Below, piece by piece: positions 13,485 through 25,343 of a stretch of 64,000 nt of DNA; positions within the stretch are counted from its first letter, which is position 1; each line of letters opens with the position of its first letter. This DNA is from Callorhinchus milii (taxonomy: Eukaryota): the NCBI RefSeq assembly GCF_018977255.1, contig NW_024704742.1, positions 2,296,001 through 2,360,000 on the forward strand, given 5' to 3'. The position numbers and the translations under genes were made by a program. The notes below the pieces were generated by a model. It did not search any database and was not told the origin of the DNA. It worked only from the letters and a program-made list of their open reading frames with translations.

Positions 13485-15067
13485 AAATTAAATAGCGGGG
13501 TAATTAAGGTATCGAACACAAGTCGTACACGCAGTTGCCAAACATGACTTAGAATCTATCCACAGTCTCAGAATGCCCTAGTGTACAAGAATTACAGTTG
13601 GTATTAAAAATAATTTGTTTTTCCGGACTGAAGCTCGGGCTATACCCAAAGCCGATAATTTCAACCCAGTTCGGTATCCCTTAGCAACTGAGTGTTCTGC
13701 TCATTCTGCTGCTGGCAGAGGATTGCCTTGCCGCCTCCTTCTGTCGGCTCCCCACTGCCATAAAAAAAAGCAAAACAAGAAACAACATACCTCTCACGTG
13801 TCTTCTTTAGGAGTTTCAATATAGCTTCGGAGCAGATCAAAGAGTCAGAGTGAAGTCACCGAGCTCCAGGTTTCATTCAACCATTCATCCAGTCAGGTCC
13901 CAGTTCCTGTTTTACTCACTATCCTGGCCAACCCACTAGTCATCCGAGCTGGAAACCTTCTGTTCTAGTGTTAAAACTGGTTCACTTCACACTGTCACAA
14001 AGCCTGGTGTTCATTCATTACTCAGCCTGTGTGGTTCACCTTTTTAATTGGGAGATGGTTATGCAAGGGAGGTGGGAGATGGAGTGGGGGGTGGGGGTGG
14101 GGGTGGATGGGCGTTGGAGAAAGGGTAGGTGGGCGCACGAGGGAGGTGGTCACAGACAGGTAGATTATTAAGGCTTACAAATCGGGGAGGGAGGGTGTCA
14201 AGGGTGTCAGCCCACCAAAAGTGGAATGGAGGGGGAGAGGGATGAGTAGCAGATCCAAATTTGCAGAGAGGAGAAATTCAGTGAACGAGTGGCACGAGAG
14301 GAGATCAAAATGCCCACCCACCCACGCCCACACACACTCCCTGCTCTTTGACATCAAATCTGTTCTGGTACCTCCACCATTTGATGGCTCGGCAATTGAT
14401 GAACAGCAGAGGGTTAAACTGTACAAAGTCTCTTCTAAACATAACAAGCTAAAATCATAATAATCATGACAACTACAGCAGTGCCTACGATTTCGCCATC
14501 CTCGATCAGTGCAATGTGTAACATCATTTCTGACTGCTGGCTACTTCTTATTTTCTATTAAATTCATGCTTTTATCAAGCATAGCACAATAGCTTTTTAT
14601 CTATCAAATTGCCTTTTACCTGTCAAATGGCAGTACCTTTTAGCTGTCAAAGCACAGAAGCTTTGATCTGCCTTTTGTCTCATCAGTCATTTCTAATTCC
14701 CTTAGTTTTATCGGACCGTTTTTGTTTCTCCTTGATTTAAGTGCATAGTTGTGTGTCTGTGATGTGAATTATGTAAATACACAAATTATGTGTGGTGTGT
14801 AAACCATGCGCAAACACGTTTGTATTATGCAAGTTGTGTAAACACATCTGTAAACACAGACGCGTCACAGGATTTGTAATCATTTGCATTGACTATTCAA
14901 TACATAATTGAGAGTGCTTGTTATTCTCGACGTACACACGACTGACAACTTGTATGATAGATCTGCATTTATATGTGGTTTAATCATAATAATCCTTACA
15001 TTTGATATAGCACCTTTCCAGATGGATAGGTGTCTCAAAATGCTCCATGTGTTTTTTGGGGGGAGGG

Positions 15068-15583
15068 GGTCAGCCAAGTGTCTGATAGGTGCGGAAACCC
15101 ATCACCGTGTTTAAGGGTATCCGAACCAAACTGAGATTTCCTTGCATCCAACCTGCACGTGGAAATCCCCGAGATAGACTGTTGGAATGGAATGCGCACT
15201 CTCTCCCTGGAGGGACGCCTCCTGCTTACCTAATCCTGGACAGTATTAGCCCAGGTTGGCAAGATCCAAGACTTGGGGATCCCAGAGTGTGAGTCTAACC
15301 AGCTAAAACCACATAGCTTGCCGTTGAAACTGCTCTCTGGCAAGCTTTCCCTCTCTGTCCAGTTCCGACCTCCCTCCCTGTTAGGACCTTGGCTTGCAGG
15401 GATAACAGGAGCTGAGTGGGATGAGTTCCTGCCCCCAGTGACTGGTCTGCCCTTCCAGGTCCTGCCGGTGAGCCAGGCTGGGCTGTGCTGTCATCAGCAG
15501 TGCCCTGGAATACTGCAGACCCGCCTGGCCCAGGAACCAGACTACCGAGACCACCACAGAGGGCTGTCTCGATTCCGACATTC
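15068..15583 (+). repeat. Unclassified ~500-bp interspersed repeat
   Basis: Colinear with the reverse complement of 36597-37107 (shared ggaaacccatcacc, cactctctccctggaggga, ccctgttagg, cttggcttgc, acaggagctgagtggga). Strand arbitrary. Confidence 0.85.
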
Positions 15584-15917
15584 TGTTGCCAGGCAAGTCA
15601 CCTTGAAGTCAGTCCAGCTCCAAGGAGACCCCACTTCTCACTTGAAATATCGTAGCTTTTTCTGAAAGTCACTGCCACAGGATATACTTCTTAGTGCCCT
15701 GACGATGTATTTTGTAGGCAAGCATCGGTGCTATGATGTGAAGGGGATTCATTGGAAAGAGTCAGGACTCCACTGTCTCCCAAGGGATTGACCTCATGTT
15801 CCTCACTCTCAGCCAACGAATCCGATTTGCAAATATTGCAGTCTAGACTCCATAGTGTACTGAAACGTCACTAAGTTTATTCGCAAGCGACCAAAAAGTT
15901 GTAATGCTCTACTCTAA

Positions 15918-16226
15918 AACTAGGGGTCATAGTCTCAAGATTAAGGGTCAGTCTTTTTGAACTGAGATGAGGAAACATTTCTTCACTCAGAGGGAAGTGA
16001 ATTTGTGGAATTCTCTACCCCAGAAGGCTGTGGATGCTCAGTCCTTGAACATATTCAAGACTGAGGTTGATAGATTTCTAAAGGATAGAGGGATTAAGGG
16101 ATATGGGGATAGGGCGGGTAAATGGAATTAGGTTAGAAGATCAACCGTGATCTCATTAAATGGCGGGGCAGGCTCGAGGGGATGAATGGCCTATTTCGGC
16201 TCCTACGTCTTATGGTCTTACGGTCT
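15918..16226 (+). mobile_element. CR1/HER1-type LINE 3' end
   Basis: aggggtcatagtctcaag...tttcttcactcagaggg...ggggcaggctcgaggggatgaatggccta...tcttatggtcttacggtc, the shark HER1/HE1-type tail. Confidence 0.9.
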
Positions 16227-16379
16227 ACTCTATTATCTAAAAGAGATCATAATTTCTTTAAGACTTATTAGATGTTGTAATGGTATCAGTTCTGTTTAGT
16301 TGCAGAATTAACAAAAGGGAGGTCAGGTAATGACTTTAGGTTTACTCCTATGTCTAAAGGGCGTATATGAAAAGACCAG

Positions 16380-16820
16380 TCGGATTATTGGTTTACATAT
16401 GTGGTTAGAAGACCAGTGCAGATCGAACAGCTAGGATTTATTAATAATTGGGATATTTTTATTGGTAGCTAAAGACAACTCGGACATCACTGGAGTAAAA
16501 GGTATCCAGTGCTTTTTTATCAATGCACACAGCATAAGGAATAAAACTAGCGAACTAAAGACACCAATTCAGGGAAAGAAGTGTGATACAATAGCAATTA
16601 CCGAAACCTGGCTACAACCCAAGCAGAATTGGCAGATAAATATACTGGGGTGCAGGAATATTTAGGAAAGATAGGGAATTGAAAAAAAGGGTGGGGGTGT
16701 TAATAAGAGATACAATTTGGACAATTGAGAAAAAGGAATAAAGCTAGTAGGGTAGCCAGGAGATGGTCAGGAGATGGACTCAATATGGGTAGAGTTCAGA
16801 AATAGGAAAGGTGTGTAGTA
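16380..16820 (+). mobile_element. CR1 ORF2 N-terminal (AP endonuclease) remnant
   Basis: CFFINAHSIRNKTSEL...CDTIAITETWLQ...RKDR...GGGV...DSIWVEFRNRKG, with stops and frameshifts. Confidence 0.85.
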
Positions 16821-17002
16821 GAGGGGGCCATGCGTGAGCGGGGAGGGTGGGGGGGACATGCACGTAGCAGGGAGGGGTGGGGGGCGCGGTTTGCAGCGGA
16901 GGGAGGTGTTTGTGGCGGATTCTGCGGAAAAGTAACGGTCAACTGTGCCCAACAGGAATTTTTTTAAAATTTCGGAGCGATTACTATCCAACGCAAGCAT
17001 TA

Positions 17003-17160
17003 TTTTTGTTATTGTCCCCGGAAAGCGATCCGCCGATCGACTAACAGCCGAGTTCCTACCTACGGCTAAGTAGACAGAGGCGTGTGGAGTAAGGAAACTT
17101 ACTTAAAGTTTCCCTCTGCCCGGGAATCAAACCCAGGTCTTCTAGCTTGCGAGGCGGGTG
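17003..17160 (-). mobile_element. tRNA-derived SINE 5' half, long-linker subfamily
   Basis: ccccggaaagcgatccgccgatcgactaac...agaggcgtgtggagtaaggaaactt...gggaatcaaacccagg. Confidence 0.85.
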
Positions 17161-18424
17161 ACATTATTTAATAATGGCAGCTTCAGTTAACGGATTTTGA
17201 CGTTGAATAACATGCACTTTCTTTCTCGTTGCTATTTGTATTGCTTTGCTTGTTCAATTTTTAATGATATTCCTGAATAAAATATTCCCGGCAAGCTCAA
17301 ATTCAAGACAACATGTCTACACATCTTATTTCAGTAACAGCAAACTGCAATGCAAATTATGCAGCTTTGACAAAGGCAATTAATAGTATCAACAGTGTAT
17401 TAAATAGACCAGGTAAGGTTGTCCTCAATTGTGTTTGGATGGCTTACTTTATGTATTTAGCATTTATACTCGATGTACCAAATTGTCTGGAGTCAGGAGT
17501 CCAAGGAGTTTATGACCCACAAACACACAGCTTACCTCTTGTAAGCTTTTTGGTTCTGAAGTGAGTTAGTCTGACCTATATCCAGTTACTTTTCTTGACG
17601 GATCATATTTAATTAAAAGTAATTTAGGCACGATAGCAAACGTGGTTTGTCATAGTACGCATAATTTCTTCTCTCCCAGATTTTCTCCATCTTAGTATGA
17701 TAATACTTGCATTTGGTGAAGATGTCTCAAAGCGCTTCAAGGACTGGGTTGTTCTGCACGTTTAAGCATTGATTCCAAGTTGAATCAGCGCAAAAAGTGC
17801 AATGACATTTTCCAATGGTTGTCGATCGGTTTTGCCCCCCAAAACATTTGTAGGTAGTAATTTCAGAACCAAGTTAACAATGCTTGGGTACAATACATCT
17901 ATCAATGAATTTTTGTACAAAGAAAGCAAATCGTACTCCAACTTAAACCCCTAAACTTATTAAGCCCACGTCTGATTCCATTACAGTTGTGTCAAAATGT
18001 TAATACTCGGGTTTCAGGATGCTCAAGAATGGCTTCCACACCGCAAACAGTTAGTGTGGCTCCTGCCTACACACTTGCCTCCCCTTTCATACCAAAAATG
18101 ACACTGATGTCTTCATCAGTACTGCATAAAAGCTAATTAATTTCCTGCCCTGAACTCAAAAGACGTCTGTTACTAGACCCAGATAACAAACAACTGGGGA
18201 GTCAAATGGAACCAGTTTCCTGTCTTTTGGGAACGAAACAGGCTAAAAGTTCGAGCTTTTACTTGGTTTGAAGCAAATGCCTGAAAGGGAAAGGGACTCA
18301 ATTTTATGTTCATCGAGGAATATTCAGGATGCAGAGTGGAATATTCGCCCCACATTTGATATCTAGTGCCAGCGTATAGCTTCACAGATCAGCTTTCAGC
18401 ACAGTTAGATGTAATGAGTAACAC

Positions 18425-18690
18425 TGCCATCTTTCAGATGAGATGTTAAACCAAGGCTGTGCTTGTTTCCAGTGGATGTCAAAGCTCCCCTGACACTATT
18501 TGAGGTGGAAGTTTCTCTTGTTGTCCTGGCCAACAATCTTCCAGATTAATAGGTTTGCTTATGGCATCTTGCTGTGCACAAATTGGCTGCCGTGCGTATG
18601 CCTTTGAAAATGATCGCCGCGTTTGCCAGTAATTATCTGTGAAGCGCTTTGCAATTCTTCAATCTGCTATAATGTGCTGCAAGAATTCAA
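18425..18690 (+). mobile_element. Old Deu-domain SINE fragment
   Basis: gccatctttcagatgagatgttaaaccaagg...tgtcctggccaac...cttgctgtgcacaaattggctgccg...gtgaagcgcttt. Confidence 0.8.
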
Positions 18691-19410
18691 GTTCACTTTC
18701 TCTGCTTCATTCTGTCTCTGTCTCCTCCTGTTTTCTTGATCGCTTCACTTTTGCTGTCGCCCTTTCTCACTGTCTCTTGGCCTCTCTACAATTTTTCATT
18801 CTGCGAATACACCTGAACCCCAATTAGAGATGAGACTTACAGCAACAATATGCATGTTTCTATTCCTCCACTACAATCTCTATATCCTCCTTGAGCAAGA
18901 GCAACGAATGGTGCTATATTATGGGTATTTGAGGTTATCCTATACCAATCGTTACTGCTTGACAAGAGACATCAATCCCATCAATCTGTGTTGGATTCCT
19001 TCAGCGCAGCATACTACCCATTATTCTGCCCTGTCCTTTTTGATTCCCTCACATCTCTGCACAATAGCATACCCTGGAAAAACCTAAATTGGTTGAGCAT
19101 TAAACTTGCCTCCCAAACGTGCTGTGTTTCTTTCAAGGTGGATGCCCCTTCAGGGAGGCAGAGGGTTGGGGGAAGGCAAGTCTCCCTGGGGCTGAACTGG
19201 AGATAGTCCTTGCAAAGCCAGTAAATTCAGTAGTAATTCAAGGCAAGACTGGAAGGGAGTGAAAATGTCAGCATTTAAATTAGCTTTTGCTGTTGCATTT
19301 AATGAGTTTTACAGAAGAGTTTGGTCATAAAGTAAGCATTGATGTTTCCTCTTCAGCAGACAGATGTAAGCACTTCTCTGCCTCAGGATCATTGAACTGT
19401 GCTACAAAAA

Positions 19411-20127
19411 CTAATTACATGTGTATAGTGTCTTTCATGTCGGGAGGACGTCCCAAGGTGCTTGCACAGTCAAGATTTGGACACGAGCTCCAGGTTGGGA
19501 TCAGGAGGGAAGCAGGACAGGGAGGGTGGGGCCAGGAGGGCAACAAAAAGTGTAATTGAAGAGCAGAGACTTGAAAGAGGCAAAGGAGGGGATAAAGTGA
19601 AGGGACTGTGGGGAGGAATTCCAAAGGGCGAGGGCAGAGAAGCTGAAGGTCCTACCGCTGACGGTGGAGCAGGGCAAGACTGGGGAGATGGAATAGACCG
19701 GAGCTCGCTGAGCGGAGGGAACAGACAGGTTGATATGGATTTAGCAGGTCACAGAGGTAGGGAGGAGGTGGAGGGCTTTGAAGGCGAGGACAAGGATTTT
19801 GAACTCTATCCTCTGAGGGATGGGGAGCCAAGAGAGCCAGACAAGGATGGGAATGTTGGGCTCATGGAGCCTGTTGCGGGAGAGGGCACGAGCTGCAGAG
19901 TTCCGAATAACCTGCAGCTTGTGGAGGGAAGAGTTGCGAAGACTCACAGGGAGTTAAGTGTAATTGAGCCTGGATTTGATGACTGCGTGGAAGAGAGTTT
20001 CGGCAACCTGAGGGGTTGAGACAGTGGCGGAGTCGGGCAATGCACTTGCGGAGGTGGGGGAAGGCTGAGCGGGTCACGGCTTGGATGTGGGGCAGAAAGG
20101 ACAGCTGCGGGTCAAACAAGATGCCAT
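19411..20127 (-). mobile_element. L2-clade LINE 3' fragment (subfamily A)
   Basis: GILFDPQLSFLPHIQAVTRSAF...; SSLHKLQVIRNSAARAL...WLPIPQRIEFKILVLAFKALH; same tail as the 4057 copy. Confidence 0.9.
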
Positions 20128-21479
20128 GGTTCATTGTGGTGGAGTGCGCATCCATGATGGTGGTGCTATCAGCACCTGAGATGTGAAGGATCAAACAAGA
20201 TACTAAGGTCCCATACAGAGTTGATCCCATATTCATATGTGTATACACACTGTAATACATGCGATTTTGGAACAACCTATACCCCAAGCCCTTGATTATC
20301 AGTGTCCCTTTTATAATGAAGCTTCTCTTCAGGAGGCTATTGGAAGATGATGCATGATAAAGACTGAAATACAATGACTTCAATGAAAGCTCTCTTGATC
20401 TCGGATCAGCAGAACTGAAACCGAAGGAAATCTTTTCTTCGTACATCAAATATCTATATTTTGTTAAATTGAACTTCAGTTTTATTTTTTTAACAGAAAC
20501 AGAATTCCGTAATCTAGTTAACAAACAAATCCTGTGCTTTGATTAAAATGTCGCGGTTCACGGTCTCTATATTTAATTAGCAGGAAAGACATTCATTACC
20601 TTAAACACTCAGGCCTCTATTTTAATGAAGCACTTTGATTTATTATACGAACCTTATTTTTCCAGCAGAAGTGCTCTCTATTTGCAAATCAAATAAATTG
20701 CAGGCCTAGTGATAAAAACATGTATTTTTCGACTACCAACTAATTTCTGTGACCGTTAATTGTTTGTTTGTTTTTGTTTAATTTTGCTGTCAATCACAGT
20801 CTCCTACCTGATAGCTCACCACATCAGCTGTCACTCTTCAATGAAATTCCTGAAATCAGAATGTTGACTGTGAGATTTTTTTTGGTGCGCTTGTTTACAA
20901 TAAGCCTTGCGTTTGACGGAACACTTTATTGCCAAAACATCTTCAGGGGATTTACTGTACAGTGACTGAGCACTGCGGTACATGCCACCAGCTGTTCAAC
21001 AGCAGCCACCCTGACTGCCCAATCCCCCATTTCCACTGAAAGGTCCACTAGCCCCAGTCCCTGGGAGAGAACCTTTCTTCACTCATCCACGTTCCCACCC
21101 TTCATGCCAATCTTCCTCCTCCCCCTTGTCCACGATCAACGTCAAGCTAACTGATTTACAGTTGCCAGTCTCATCCTGTTGGAATGATCCATTTTATCTG
21201 GCGGACTGCTAGCCAGGACATTGGGAGAAACTTCCTTCAATTTTCGAACAGTGCCATGGGATCTTTAGCAGCCACCTGTATACTGTATAGTGTCCAGATA
21301 GACGTTGAAGACACTGCTCCACGACGGTTGCTTTGATCTTTTACCTGTGAAGGTGAATTACTTTTCCAAAACCGCCCCCTGCATCATCTTAGCTTCAGGA
21401 ATTTTATACGCACAGAAATATAATATATGTAATTGTATAATTACCTTGCTGTTCAAAATCAGAATGAGACTGGCAATTG

Positions 21480-21750
21480 CAGACTAGTTAGCTTGACAAT
21501 TGATTGTGGGGGACGTACTTGAGGACAACATACGGGATGTTATCGATGCTCCTGCGAAGAACAGGGAGATTATAGGGAGCAGTCAGCATGGATTTAGGAG
21601 CAAGAGATCATCCCTCATAACTCTACTGAAACTAATATGAGACAACAACTAAGCTAGTGAATCAAAGTTATCCTGTGGATTTCAGGAAAGCATTTAATAA
21701 AATTCCTTATGTGAGATTGTTTTAAAAAGAAGATATGCCAAATTAACAGA
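21480..21750 (+). mobile_element. CR1 RT remnant
   Basis: agtcagcatggatttaggagcaagagatca (SQHGFRSKRS) and gatttcaggaaagcatttaataaa (DFRKAFNK). Confidence 0.7.
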
Positions 21751-22919
21751 GATAGACTGAAGGGGTGGGGATGGTGGGCCGATTAAGGTCAAGAGAGATG
21801 AACATGCCTACGGTTAACTTCCCTTTTTGTCCAACTTGGCCACAAACTGCACCACTCCACGACACTACCCCATGTGAAGGGTATATAAATACAAGTTATT
21901 CTGCTGTTGTTATGAGGAACCAACTCACAGCAAAAAGATGAAGTGTTGGGTTTACTCCTTCAAAACAGAATTAAGAATCGGGTTGAAAAAGGGATTGAAG
22001 AGAGATTCAGTTCACCAATTGCTGAAAGTGCCACATCATAAGACAATGTAGTGCTTAGTTTATTATGCTGGAAGCAATTTGTTCACTATTGTGGCAATAA
22101 TGTGAATACTTGAGTGAAGCCTGATTTAAAACAACCTACTACAATAGCAAATTGTCTCGGGGCTGAGCAGAGCTTCGTTCTTGTGCACATTAAAAATCCC
22201 CTGACTATGTTCATAAAAGGAAACACATTTGTCCCAATGTCCCGGACAACAAATCTCCAACTAATTGATCATTCGCTGCACAGTTATTTATGAAATGTTC
22301 ATCTATGCAAATAGCTGGTATGTTTAACTCACCAGTCTTAACAGGGATTATTTATGAAGCACTTTTAGACATTTAGACTGGAAGAAGGCCTATGAAAGGA
22401 AAGTTCTTTGTTTCGCATGAAAGCCTCTCCAATCGATTTCCTTGCAAAGGTTTTTGGTTGCCAGCCTCCAGTGTAAATGTCTTCATGATCGCATGTCTCA
22501 AATCTGATCCACATTGCATTGTTTGTGGTGATTGTAATATGTAAGAGTGCAGTGGAATCCATTGATGCATTTGCAAAAGGAGATCCTTAAAGTACAAGTC
22601 TGATTCAGATCATAAGCCTAACCATAAGCTCACTTGGATCATTCTGTCTAGGCTTATACATTGCATATGTAGAAAGACAGAGGCATTGGAAAGAGCTTGA
22701 AGTAGAGAAATGAGGTTGTGGTGAGATCTTAAAACTATGAACAATGAAGAACAGATAAACGCTGCTTCTGATCTTAACAGAATTGAAAATCAGTGGGACG
22801 TGCTTGTCTTTTTACAATTATGAGGGAAACTTATTTAATTCTTTCTACTCAAAAGCAGAGACCCAGTGGATTTGATTGCAAACTAATATAAACTAGAATC
22901 ATTGAGACGTTGTACTGAC

Positions 22920-23225
22920 ACAGTGGCTGCCTTGTTGGAGGCTCTATTCTCCGGAGGAGACGTTTAATCGAGGTCCTGTCTGCTTGCTCAAGTGCTTGTC
23001 AAAGATCCGATGTCGCTGTACAAAAAGAGAAGGGAGTTTCTCCTGGTGTCCTGGCCAAACAATTCCCCAGATCAAATTAGTCATTCATGTCGTGGCTGTT
23101 TTATAGGAAATTGCTGTGCGCGAATTGGCTGCAACATTCATCTACAAGTACACAATCGCTGCACTTCACAGTAAATTCTGTGAAGGGCTTTGAAACGTTT
23201 TGACAGCAAGGACGATGATTATTAT
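22920..23225 (+). mobile_element. Old Deu-domain SINE
   Basis: gagacgtttaatcgagg...aaagatcc...ggagtttctcctggtgtcctggcc...gctgtgcgcgaattggctgc. Confidence 0.8.
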
Positions 23226-23661
23226 TTTTGTTATTTTTATTATTACGGCATTATTCTTATCGACCGAAACCCAAGTGTAATTTTCGCATTTCAAGTGCTG
23301 CAACAAGTTTACTTTGCCAAGTGTAATTGTTCCTGTATGTGAGGACCATCAGCAAGTTTATTCATTCCTAACCCTTGACGAATGAAATTGCAGAGAGATT
23401 CTCCGGTGATGCTGGTCCACTATCTACTAGAAAAATTGACCATTCATCTCATGAATGTTTGTGACACATTACTGGTGCAAAAGGCGGCTGCATTTATCGA
23501 CTTAAACGATCGGTTGTTAGTAATTACTTGTACAGAGCTTTTAAGATGTTTCCCTGAGATAAGTTGTTATAAAATGCCGGTTCTTTCTTTGCGCTAAAAG
23601 GTGTGTTTTAACCTTAGCAACTTTAAATAAATAAAAAAATGACTTGTATTTGGAAATGATG

Positions 23662-24090
23662 TGTCAGCTCAGTAGCACTCTCACCCCTTGAATTAGAAGG
23701 TCGTGCAGTTCAAGCCCCAATCTCGGCTGATAGTCAAGTCCTGTGCTGGCTGAGCACTGCGTTGATGGAGGTGCTATCTGTCAGATGAGACATTATAAAC
23801 CAAGGGCTTGTCGGCTTTGTTCAGGTGAACGTTAGAAAGACCCCACGGGACTATTCAAAAAGAAAGAGAGAAATGACTTTCTCCACTATCTTAGCCAAGA
23901 ATCCTCCAGATAAAAATTGGTCATTCACGTCATTCACGACTGTTTGTGGGAAATTACTCTGCGCTTAGTGGCCGCTTCATTCACCTAAAAATACACAGTC
24001 GCTCCATTTACAATAAATCCTGTGTAGCCCGTTGAGACATTTTGGTTGCTTGATAAGTCACCATATTAAAAGGCACGCCTGATTATAATA
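23662..24090 (+). mobile_element. Near full-length old Deu-domain SINE
   Basis: Head gtcagctcagtagcactctcacc...agaaggtcgtg...gttcaagcccc, Deu body, degenerate tail. Confidence 0.8.
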
Positions 24091-24310
24091 TTTTCATTCT
24101 TTTAACGATAGCACTGTAGGTGCACATGAACTGAACTTGCAGGTAGTGCATTATTATCTTCCATAATCATCAGTATGAGATGACCTTCCTATTAAAGTTC
24201 CTCAGTTGTATCTTCTAGCATTTCTCCTCAAAAGCTTCAACTGCAATCTAACTCTGAAATCAGTTGCTTAGCCCTTTGGCTCGACATAGCCTTTTCCCAT
24301 TGTGGTTTGA

Positions 24311-24424
24311 TAATAATAATAATAATCCTTGCATTTGATATAGCGCTTTTCACGTCGGAAGGACGTCCCAAAGCGCTTCACAGAACACACTGTAAAGTGA
24401 ATTGACTGTAAATTTGTGGGCGAA
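24311..24424 (-). mobile_element. Young SINE, 3' fragment
   Basis: Nearly identical to the 3' ~110 bp of the 13154 copy, including the (AAT)n tail. Confidence 0.9.
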
Positions 24425-24552
24425 GTTTGATGATTCAGTAATTGATAATTGGTAACGACGAAAGTACCTTTCACAGTTGAAATGCTTCAGATTTGGTTCA
24501 AAAATTAAAACCAAAGTACGGCATCATTGCAATGACTTGCTGGAGATATAAC

Positions 24553-24922
24553 AATAATAATAATAATAGTAATCCGTGCATTTGATATAATACCTTTTCA
24601 CGTTGTTGAAACTTCTCAAAGCGCTTCACAGAATGTATTGTAAAGCAGATTGACTGTGCATTTTGTAAGCGAAACACGGCAGCCAATTGCGCTCAGCAGT
24701 GTCCCGCAAACAGTCGTGGATTGAGCGAGCAATTTTTTGGGGGGGATTATTACCCCTGGGAAGCGAACCAACAATTGATTATCAACCGGGGTTCCCGCTT
24801 GCTGCTAGGTAAAGGGAGGCGTGTGGATTAAGGAAACCTCCCTACGGTTTTACCCTGCCCGTGAATCACACCCTGCTCCTCTTGCTTTGCGAGGCGAGTG
24901 CACCGCCCGCTATGCTACAGAT
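24553..24922 (-). mobile_element. tRNA-derived SINE, long-linker subfamily
   Basis: Tail, ggcagccaattgcgc, gtgtggattaaggaaac, head remnant gctttgcgaggcgagtgc; ends ~125 bp upstream of the exon acceptor. Confidence 0.85.
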
Positions 24923-25010
24923 ACTCCTTTGCGTCATCAGTCTCCAGGTCATGTAATACCTTTCCATTTGGTTGGTTGCATCATGGTGCCTAATAATAAA
25001 CAGTGGATGA

Positions 25011-25343
<333 letters not shown>

